A DNA stretch of 64,000 nucleotides, taken from Phoronis australis (Eukaryota; Animalia; Phoronida). The notes below the pieces were generated by a model. It was given only the letters and a program-made list of their open reading frames with translations, searched no databases and was not told where the DNA came from. The translations under genes and the position numbers were made by a program. The stretch covers positions 744,707-808,706 of the forward strand of contig NMRA01000118.1 in the NCBI GenBank assembly GCA_002633005.1. Direction: 5' to 3'. Of this stretch, positions 30,101 through 42,100 are shown piece after piece (position 1 is the stretch's first letter; each line of letters starts with the position of its first letter).

Positions 30101-33100
30101 GCTTCAGACCATCCTCAAATCATCATCAAGTATATCAGTGGCCATTAATTCTTCTGCAAACCATTCTGTCACTGCGAATTCTGAAGACCTAATAATATAC
30201 TCTGATTCAGTCCTGTTTGAATATATCAGCGACAGTATCTCGGAAGCCAGAAGTGAACTCTCGTGAGTGTAATCTAAGGTTCAGAATCGTAAGACACTGC
30301 CTGTGCATTGCATGTTACAGCGTATACATCTCTAGTTATGTGATCAGTTGAGATGTCTGAAGAATCTATGTCTCCATATATTCTGACGAGCCAACGTTTG
30401 TGTACAAGCATGGAATTGCTCCACCTCTCGGCACGGAATCTTTGTTCTCTGTGTTCGTGACATTCGGGACTCCTGGGATTTCTGAAGAACCCGAACTTCT
30501 TTCTTGAAATCCTGAAGTCTTTGGTTCTGGGTTGGCGTTACTTGATCTGTCAATCTTTGAAAGTACGATGTTGAATGATCTGGCTGTGATGATAGCATTC
30601 AGTGCTGAGTCTACCAACATGTGCCTCCTCACTGCTCTATCCACACTTTTCAATTTAACATATGGGTCACACTGTTTGGTGCATACTCTGTCTCAAGAAT
30701 TTGAAGCCTGTTCCTGATATTACGTATCCAATAGGTCTCAGAAAGCTCATCTAAGTATGAAATCCGCCAAGACTGGCTAAGAACAAGCCACTGCGGATCA
30801 CTTTCGTTTGGTTTGCTGGCACTAATTTCCTATAAAATTAGTTACCTATGTTCATACTATATTAAACCAATTGTGAGTACTAAATGTTAAACATTTAATT
30901 ATTAGCTTTTTGTTACACAAATTTATTCATTTTTCATCAAACTCAGGTGAAATCAGCTACCAAATTCTCCACTCATGTCAGTAGCAGACGAAGTCTTTGC
31001 ATGGGAAAACTGATAATATCTCCAATAGCAGAGAACAAAGCCACTTCCTGCGCAATGTGATTCAGGGTTTGCGTACTGAATAAGCCAATAATTCCACCAG
31101 AATTTCTTATTCTTCTAACAAATATTATTTTTGATGCCTCAAATGAATATGTTCTACAGAAAAATAATTGACTACATGTATGTGAAATTTCTTATCAAAA
31201 TTTAACTAACGCCTTTTCTGAAAAGCACCACATTTTACGGGAAATAATCTAAACTGTGATTAAAATTTTACATTTAGTACCTAAATCTTTAAAAAAAAAT
31301 TATAAAAAAGACTCAAATCATTAAGCCTGACTGTAGATTGTAAAATGTTTTTGTGTAAATGCTTCTCAGGTTACAAACAAAGTTTGCAGAATGCACATGC
31401 GGTAAATTGGAGTTATTTGTGAATTGGCGACCATTTTGTCAGCCATCTTAATTTTTTCTCTCCAGTCAGTGACCAACTGTAAGGTCTAGTTATTCTTCAA
31501 ATGTCTAACTTTTAAATGCATAGAAATGTTGCCATTTCCAGAGCAAAATATGAAAAGAAATTTTGCAACATGTACTAAATTTGCCGTTTCGGCCGCCATT
31601 TTGTCGGCCATATTGGTTTTATTTTACAGAAAATTGGTATCTTTTGATTGGTATGCTTGTTATGAAAAGTATGTAATCAATGACAATCTTTATTGTGTTA
31701 TTCCCATAAGAGTAACATGCCAAGAAGCAGTAAACACCGGTTTTAGCGGCTATTTTTCCCACATTTTGAAAAACCGACTTCCCGCGCCACACTGATTTAG
31801 GTAGACTTATTTCTGTCACCCAGGGATGTTTAAAGGTGCCATTTATGCAAAAAAAATCTGCTGAAATTTTTCCTAGGTTAAGCCCTCTGGAGCCCTAGAA
31901 TTACTGGACTAATATTTCTGTTTAGTGTCAAAATCTCATACCTTTTTAGTTATGATCATTAGCTTCCTATGTCACCCGTTTACTGCAGTACAGGGTTGAC
32001 ATGGGTGGCGTACCATAGGGGGCAGGGTGGGTATAGCCCCCCCACTGTTTCAGTGCTGCGCCGCCCATGTGTATATGGATGCTTCCATTGTAAAGTTGTA
32101 GTTCAGCCGACTGCAAAACTTTCAAACTGTGTGCCATGCTTCAAGTATTAAGCATGCGCCACGCTTCTATTTTCTCCCTTCCCAGTTAATACCATCAGTT
32201 AAAAGTTGAAAAGTTTTAGTTTGCGTTAAGACGACTGATTGGATTTGAATACGTTGAATTTATGACGTCATTAATGCAATTCTCGGTGACCCTCTTTAAA
32301 ATCTCTGAGCACAGTAATTCGGTGATCAAAGCATTCCACAGCATTGGATACTTTAATTGTTATAAACCCCGATTTGAATTGAAAGTGATTATTTATGTGC
32401 ATGATGACAAAGCGTTATCAACATGTTCTAATCACAGTGTACATTGTGTTCCAACAGCCTGGGGAAACGTACCATTTTGACGTATTTTACGTGAAACGAA
32501 CACGGGACCAGTCAACGTTTTACCTCCAGACGGAAATGATCGAATTCCAAGTTAAACCTAATGGCACACGTGCTGCTGATTACATTGTCAATGTGAGAGA
32601 GGACCTAATAGTTGATGGAGTTCTCACAGATATTGACCTCGATGGTTACTTCTCTTCAGGACCTCCGTACGATGTTACGCTGGAGTGGGGTATGGCCTAC
32701 GTGTATACATGCAGACGCTCAGTGATAAAATGGCTGTTTGAGAACGCGCTATGTATAATAAAATCTATATCGTTGTATTTTATTCACTTTAACTTTCACA
32801 TTTGAAGAGTACACAAATGATTGTTTCAATCTCGCGTAAAGTTTTTGTAGATTAGTCTTATGTATCTTCCAGGCAACGAAGCCCGTCATTTTGTACTGCA
32901 AAATATGACAGGATCGAATACCTCCACTGCAACCTCGCCACCGCCTGCTGTACATAATTACACGTCTGCAATAATCAATGGTGTAAATGTTTCATTCCTT
33001 GGTAGGCTTAATTGTTTATGTTTGGTTCACTAATATCTTCGTATAATGTTGTCACTGGGACCTAAGATGTCGGAGAACATTTCCTACTTTCACCTGGCAT

Positions 33101-36100
33101 TCTACTTTTTCTTGTATAAATAAATTAAATATTTCAATTTCATCATTCAAAAAGACTCCACTTTTAAAGTTGCACATTTTCTGTGAAAACGAATTTTATT
33201 TTTATTAAACTACCGCATATGTTGACCATTAGAGGGTACTGTAAAGAAAAGCATCAGCCAACTTCAAACTGAGAAATTAATTTCAGAAGGTACACCTGCA
33301 TGTACCACTAGTTTCTGAGTACTGTTAAAAGGTTCAGCCCAACTTAATAGTGGTGGATCCGGCCATGCAAAGGTAAAAATTCATAAGCATAACATGCGTC
33401 AAAGCATTCTTGTTAGTGTTTCCAAGGGCCCGTTTCTTAAAGACAAAGTCAGTTTTTGGTATTCGGTCTCAACTTAGACAAAATTAAAGGCGAAGGCAAC
33501 CTTTTTCCATGTCATTTTTAGCTAAAATAAGGTTGGTTGGTTATTCTAGACATATTTTCCACTTAATTACAGCTTTTCGTAATTTTATTAATTACTCGTC
33601 CGCTACTCCGGAAGTGACGTTTTAGGAGGCAAGCATTTCGCGCCAATTTCTTTTCATATAGTCTGACTGTGAGAGCTGCCGAGAAAGTCATTGTTCTACC
33701 TCGGTTGTGTTAAGTTCCGTCGTCGTTTGCTTTCATTTACTAGTCAGTCAACATGCCACACTGTTGCTGCGTACCAGGATGTACTAATTATCGGCTCACG
33801 CACGCTTTGGGAGTACCTTTGCATCGCTTTCCGATGGATGACACACTTCGCCGTACTTGGCTCGTTCGTGTGAAGAACGCAGCGTTACCCGCCCATGCAA
33901 CGTACAAAGTAGTGGAGAATTACGTACCGTGTGTGTGGCAAGCACTTTCTGCCGTCCGATTACGATTTGTACGCTGAACTGATGAAGGTCCCTGCGAAAC
34001 AACGTCTGAAGAAGGTTGGCATTCCGTCTGTGTTGATTCCTGGCAGTGCCCCCGTCGCCACCCCCGAGAAGTGCGTATTTGAAGCGAGAAGCCTTGCGAG
34101 CTGTGGCGAGTACAGTGACTGGAGCCAGTGGAGGCACTTCATCTACTGTCACCCGTGCCTCCGAACGTACCCCAGAGCGTGCAATTCCTAGAACCAGTAG
34201 TGATTCGCCCTGTGCTGTTTTCTCCAGCCCAGAGCCCTGAAGTGATATTGAGTAGTGGGGGTGATTACAGGCTCAGATCGACACCCAGTGAAGAGGACAG
34301 TTCGTCGTCCAGTGAACAGAGCGGTGAGCCAAACTTTGATAAGTTTGTTGTGGACTTGTCTAAAGTGTTGGAGCTATTTAGAAGGTGCCAGGTGAGTGGC
34401 GAAGGAGTCACACGATACGATGTAAGCAGTTTAGGTGCCGAGTCATGTCACCATCCAATGGGAGTGTGTCGCAGGACACTCTGGCAAGTGGGACAGTTGT
34501 TCCTCTGTCCGTGGTATGCCGGAGGTCCACTTAACCATGTCCAGTAGTGGCTTGGCCTCGTCGAACTCTGAACAGCACAAGCATTCCCTTGAGGTAGGCA
34601 TAACAACACACACTGTGCATTTGCACCAAGATGTGTCACCACGTCTGTTCTGAGTTTCTCTCAACAGCTGCCTGTGCCTGTGCGTACTCTGCCTCGTACA
34701 TACTCGGGCTCAAACATGTACCAACCCACTGAATGTCCGTGAAAAAATTCCTCGTCACCACTGCTGTGAACAAGGTCTCCGTCACTCACACTACTGTCAC
34801 TGTGATACGGGTCACCGACTCCAGCCATTTCCAGCTTACAGCACACTAAACAATCCCTAAATCCAACGTAGTTGAGTTCTCTACTAACCTATCTTGCCGC
34901 AGAATATTCGCCGATGGAAAGTGGTGGCGACAATTGCTGAAAACCAGCACAAAACAAAAGTAGAATAGAACAGATTTGCACGGTAAAGTCAACGCAAAAC
35001 CAAGTGGCGGGAAACGCTTGCCTCCTCACTTCCGGAGTAGCGGACGAGTAATCTATAAAATTACGAAAAGCTGTAATTAAGTGGAAAATATGTCTAGGAT
35101 AACCAACCAACCTTATTTTAGCTCAAAATGACATGGAAAAAGGTTGCCTTCGCCTTTAAGCCGATTTCGGCATATGTGCATACAAACTACGCTATTACCA
35201 CCTATTATGAATTCACAAAATTAAGTGAGGCGTTGTGTGAAATACGATGTCAAGAATAATCTTGCTCTTCATCCTCTAACTGGGAATGCATTTATACAAT
35301 TTTGATACAATTGTGATTTTGTTTACGTATGAAGACTCGAACGTTTAACCCCAATGCTGGGGTAATCAAGTGCAAGCTGTCTTACATATGAGATTAAAGT
35401 CGTTATGATCATTTTGAAGTTATTTGCCATTTTCATGAATGCATTTAGACTTAGAATTTACATGTAAATGAGTTTGGGAAATTTTTCAGAATGTCAACCA
35501 GTAACGTTTACAAAAGAACCCTGCGACAATACCGTGGACTCGTACACAATTTCAACAAAGAGGGCGCTTATTTCTCTCAATTCATCACTAGACTATGAAG
35601 TAACAACTTCTTACAGATTATCGCTACAGGTTTTGGACGGCAGTAAAAGTTTGACTGGGCAAATAACGATTAAGGTAAAATACCTGTTTTACTGTCAAGT
35701 GAGACAAATTGATGATTTTATTTTTTTAATAGGCAGAATTACAAAGATGACTAAGTTTTTGTTCCGTTACGTTCGTACTTTCGGAACAAAACTCTACTCT
35801 CAACTGAACATAGATACAGAAACTGACCTAGCGAAAGGTATTTCGAAACATACTTGTTTCATTCTCAAGTGAAGATAAAATGACGCAGTAATGCCACCAC
35901 AGAGTATAAGCTGACGACACACACAGTGAGACACGGCAGGTGTGAAATACTGCAAAGAATGACAAATGAAGTGTAACGTGCGGCGCGACCCTGTTTGCTG
36001 CTCATTAAAAACAGGCTTCTCAAAAGCAATTAAAAGGGACTCTAATACTTTCAAACGCAGCACATCCTGCTCCACGTAGCGAATTGACGTGTTTTCCACA

Positions 36101-39100
36101 ATTTCTTGGCGGGTGATTTTACGTGCGTGGCAGTGCAGAAAATGATCTTGAATGGCGCCATTTTGAAGATGCATGGATAACCGACGGGAAAGACCGCAAA
36201 CCGTTTGACCAATGTAACATTGTTTGACGTTTGAACAAAGACATTCGTTCATAGGGCATACAAACTCATAAACAACACTACACTGTGCAACGGGGCGGAC
36301 TTTCGCTTTAGAAATGTCATTTTTCATGACCAAGTTGAAGGACTTGCTATTCCGATACTAAATAATAACACCGAAGTAATCATCAGGCTTAGTAAGTTAC
36401 TGTATCTATGTTCAGCTGAGAGTAGAGTTTTGTTCCGAAAGTACGAACGTAACGGAATAAAGACTGTGAACAATGAAAAGTGTCGTGCATTTAACAAAAT
36501 CTGTGTAACCAAAAACTTGCTCGCGAAGTACAGTCACATGACTAAGTATGAATATTTCAGCCGGATGTGCATGTACCTATAGTTAAAACACTACGTTGCA
36601 CAACTGTCCCCGTCTACAGAAGATGGTAGACTGGGGTCTCTGATCTTACCGCCTTTCATGTGAAAGGGTACTGGCGCGATCTCTGTTGAGTAGTGTGTGT
36701 GAAATGTTCTGCGTCAGGTTTTAGATAGGTTTAATCTCGTTCCACCATACTGATTCAGTGGGAGGGGGGCTTTTAGCCGAGATCCACTATGTCTGCGGTA
36801 TTCGGACATACGTCTGGCTGTTCAGTCTCGCCAATGTACGTTTCTGAACACTGGTTATCCTCATACTCGTTTTGGTAGACCATCCCACTCCGTTGAGCAA
36901 CGAAAGGTTCAGGCTGAACCACTACCCAACAGAGGTTGTGCCCAAGCACAGGCGGGAAGATCCGTGAGGCCGCTAATTGACCATCTTCTGTAGAAGTCAG
37001 TTCTGGTCCCCGCAATGTAAATTTTTAACTATGTACGTGCGGATGAAACATTCATAAATAGTCATATACATGTAGGTGGACTTGGATGAATCATAATCTT
37101 CATGAGTTAAGCAGACCTGCAGATTCGAGATTTAGTAATTGCCGGCTGCGGAACACCAGCATTTCCTGTCGACAAGTACTCCGCGATGTCGGATCAAAGC
37201 GTTTCATGCATTTTCGAAACAATAACTAAAAACATTGGAGTACAGCAGATCTCTTAAAGTCTAAATACAGTTGAAAAATTGTTGAATGGCCAGTCCAACA
37301 GATTTTTAACTGCAAATTGTATGTAGTACAATCGTAGCTCCTATCCCATAGAGTGCCAGAGTGATTCACATTTGATCACGACTATTCTATACAATACGCC
37401 CGCTGTGTCATACATGTACATCCCTACAGATGATAATTGTGTGTTGTAGATAAATGTGGTTGACGTTAACGACAACTGTCCCGTCACGTCCCAACCATCG
37501 TATACTTTGTCACCAGTTCCTGTTCTACAAGAGGCTCCGTTTGCAAGCATCAGGGCAACTGACGCAGACGCTGGTGTCAATGCCGAAATTGAGTATTTTG
37601 TATCTAATCTACGACTTGAGTAAGGATTGTGTTAAGTTCCTTGTTTCGTTTTTTCTGAGTCACGCGTTTCGCTCTGGTGTCGTTGTGTTGGTCGTTAAAA
37701 TCCTGCACGCACCCAAGGGGAATCGGGGGTCTCGAAGGAGCCCCCATTTGGTAAAATGGGTAAAAATGTTCGCGTCATAGAAACAAAAACTTTGAAAAAG
37801 TATAGTGCGAGACAAAAGTCCACTAAAACGGTTGGAACTACCAAAATTTGGCGAATGCACAATTCAAAGTTCTGAACGTACCCCGTAAATGTTAGTAAAA
37901 GCTCAACATTCTCAAAAATTCGAAATCCCCATTTTTGCCGAGCTCACCAATGGGGGGGGGCTCATTCGAGTCCCCTCAGCCACCCCCCCCCCCACCTGGG
38001 TGCCCACATGATCCATGCACTCAATTTGAAATTTTCTAGACGCCGACTCCAGTCGTTTTCCGTCCAATGCAGATCAAATAACTGCTAAAAGGCACTCGGC
38101 TGAGTTCTAGTTTAATGTAGAATTATCCATGAATTCTCGTCGATGGCAAATGGTTACTGCAATTTTGGAAAATGGTATGCAATACACAGACGACCACAGT
38201 AAGTCGTCGCACAAGCAAAGTTGGTGGGGAATGATTCGGACCGCTACCGTCACTTTTGGAGTGACGTGTGAGAGAGTTTAAAACTTGAAAAATCATCAAT
38301 GTTAATCATAAAATGGCAATTTAAATAAAATTACGTTAACCATGGTTACCATACTATTTGGCCTTTCTCGAATGGATTTTAATTATTCTAAAAGACAAAA
38401 TATTTTGATGTTTTAGACCGCCGTTCAAATACAACTACACCATGGATCTAACTGAGGAAATCCATCCGGGTAATTCCACTATTGCCTTTCAACTGATTAT
38501 TCTGGACAAAGGGACGCCTGTTCGTGGCTCTCACGCCGTTGTCAAATTGGTTATCAGCAACACGTGCATCGTCAGCGCTTTGTTTGAACCAGTCAAGTAT
38601 CTCATACTGGTCAACCAGACAACTGGAGAAGTTACGCTGAGAATACCCGGATATTGGGTGTATGATTTCCGTGAGTGCAACAGTGTGTGGTGTTGTTTGT
38701 TACGCTTTAGGTACCCTACTACAGTATTGGTACTGTCAGCAGTACCTGTATGAACGCCTACATATCGGAAATAGTGACGTTTCACTTCCATGAGCAACAC
38801 GTGCAAGGACGTACAGGAAGCCTTTAATAGGGTCGTCCCGAATTACATGGCGACAGAACCCTCCTTTATCCTAGAGATAAGAAAGCGCGTGACCTACACG
38901 TAGTTTTGGAAATCAGGCTCACTTCAGTTCGTGTCTCTCATTGCCATGTCGGCAAGGCGACAAGTTTCGGATCACGCATCCACGGATATTTGTCCAGTTT
39001 ATCAAACTTTTTCACGTTGGAGCTGCAGCCCACAGCACAGCAGTAATATACCGTTGGCATTGAAATGAAGAATAGAATAATGCAACTGAGAAAAACTTGT

Positions 39101-42100
39101 AAGGAGTCAAATAACAACAAATAACGCGTGAAAATACTGTGGTACGAAAACTAGGCAGCAAATGTGCCTGACGGATGTTTAAGGCATTGTGAGTAAATTC
39201 ATGTACAACGGGATTTGAGTGTCGCTTCTTAACTCGGGGTTGCCCTATTAACTAGGACAACCTGTGAACAATTTTGACTGTTGTGACAATATCGAAGGTT
39301 GCTCGTACTCATTGCGTTGAATCTTTTTCCGTCATGAGGAAGAAAAAGTTTGAGCACACAATACTTGTAATTTCACATTAGTATACTTTGTTAATCGTCC
39401 TTCTGTCAAACACGTAGTGTTGAAATTCGTACGGGACTCGTCAGTCTTTTCAGGTTTTGTTTAAACTACACAATTTTTCCATTGAACGTAAAAAATAAAT
39501 CCGAAAGTAAAAGAGGCGTTCCAGATCCTCTAAAGGATATACTTGTTTGTCGAAAAGTAGAATAAATATACGTAAATAAAACAACAACAAAGGATCACTG
39601 AGAATTTCGGATATAATAACATCCTTCGTCAATAGAGACAAAAATAAAGTAAAATCAAACACGATAATGGAAATCTGATATATGGCGTAATGAGCATGAA
39701 ACACTGTTGCGGAAATTTGAACAAAATGCATACAACATCTCGACCAAGAGTAAAGATAAAAAGGTTGTGAATGTACCAAGGTTTGAATGGTTTGGCAGAT
39801 TAAATTGACTGTATGTCGCCCTTGGTCTACGCCTGGCACTGTCTACATGTATATTCATTCATCTTTCGCGAACCCCGGGGTACATCAAATCTATTCTGTT
39901 AATCCAATTTTCCGAGATTTTTGTACACATTGCCTTTTACGAGTTCTAAGTCAAATTTAAAATTCTTGTTTTAACGTACAGTGTACAGCATATCTACACT
40001 GTAACTTCATCAATCAGAATCATTTTAGGAGTCGTAAACCTATATGTAGATCACATGAAGATCAATGAAAATATAAATTTGAAAATTGTATCACGAAACC
40101 TGCATATTTCTTATAAAATCAGACACGAAATTGCAAGTTAAAGCTATTGCAATGTACTTCAAAACTGTATTACGCGATGTTTAGCTAGCTATAAAACAAA
40201 GCCTGGTCTTTTACCCTCATAAAACTGGTCTCACAAAATCCCTTATCGCGATAGGGTTCTTTTACAGTTACTAACTCAATTCATAGGCACGATGTACATA
40301 CGTCACTTTTGAATTCACAACTAGGTAAGCCAATCCCAATCAACTGAAATATTTTCATGAACAGCTGCTGGTTTCGTTTTTCTTGTTGGTAACGGAAAAA
40401 TCCCTATCATGGTACGGATTATTATTTGGCTGATTTTATTAGAACAAAGGGCCTAAAGTTTTTATTTTCAATCTTAAAAGGGCGAAATGCATTTTACTAA
40501 ATTATATACCGGTACATAAAAAATGTTGGTGTGCTCAGTAACAAGTGTGACTTACATGTAGTACGCTTTAAACACTTTAATCGACGGCTGTGGAGAACAC
40601 TCTACTTAAACACTCAGGGTATGCAGGTGAAATCACCAAAGTACATGCATTGGCCAGTACATTTAAACATGCTGACGGATTTTGTCGTGTTCATTGTTGT
40701 AGCCTGCCAGGGTCTTTTGGGTATCGCGACAGGTCACGTTCCGGATGTGATGATGTCAGCATCAAGCCATTTAGACAAGTCAGAGCCTTGGAGAGCGAGA
40801 TTAAACGAAACACAAGGTAAACAAGCCAAAACTCGTGATATCACAGTGTATGCATACTCTTGCGTTGGATTTGGGATCATTCAATGCCGCAACATTCCTA
40901 TGAATCTCTTTGACGTGGAATTTTGGTAAATTTTCACGTGTGGTCTACTGTAATTTATTTTTCCCTTTGCGGTTATTGTTTTATAGGCGTTCAATCTCAA
41001 TGAGAACGTAAAAAATGTGAACTTAACGTCGCCAAATTTTGACGACCACGCCAACAGAAGCGTCTGCAGAGCGGGCGCGCTTTGAAGGGCCATAGTCACT
41101 TTGAAGGGCCATAATCACAATCAATACAAACATACTTGGGATTGAGTAATACAAAACATTTTCTATTTTGGTTCCGAAATTAATATTGTACGTGAAATCT
41201 GGCATCATGTTTTAAATTTCGCGATAAAACATTCCTGGCCTCCGCACGAAATGTCAAGTAGATTACAGTTTGCCTAGCAACCAGCAGCTTACGCCATTTG
41301 AACTCGTCGCTGCCCAAGAAGCAGTTTCAAAATCTGGGACGTCTTGCTTCATTGAAGGTTGATTACAGCATTAGGTTTTGTTTATTAAACAGCGACAAAG
41401 GCAAAGGGAACATCGTAATGGTAGATATCATTCCGTTCGTGTATTCATATGTCATTGCATACCATCGGTGCGCAACACATTCGAGCGTATTTGATATTCA
41501 AACATCTATCTGAAGAAATGTTCTTCCCTGTTCAACTCCTGCTACAGTTCACAACATGTTTCGCCCAAACTGTCAAAAGGCGTGCTTATGAAATGCCATA
41601 GAGCACTTGGCGGCTCGTCTGTGGTTTCGTAAATTTTGACTTTTGACTCCGTCTTGATTTCCATACACCCACGTAAGGAACTGCTTTTCTGTGCGCAACC
41701 AAACGTCCGAAAACGTATGTTTACCTTAGCAATGAGTATGCGACATTTTTTCCGTATTTCACTGAATGCTGTCCTGCTCTTGATTTTCATGCCCCCATGC
41801 TCTTCTCTGCGCAATTCCTGTGAATGACTGTCTTGATTAAAACCGTCTGATTAATGTTCTGCGCATTTTTTTATTACTAAACATTCAGTAATTTTAAGAA
41901 GAACATAGAAAACATCTGTATATCTATTGAAATCAGTCACACGGAGAAAGGTGACATTGGGTCATTACTTTTGTGTAATCTCTTGACATGTCTTCAACTA
42001 CTGCAGATCACTACAAAGGACCCACTGGTGGTTGGTTGCCCCGTAACAATGACCAACACCAATGGTTGCAGATCTCGCTTGACCACATTTACAAACTACA

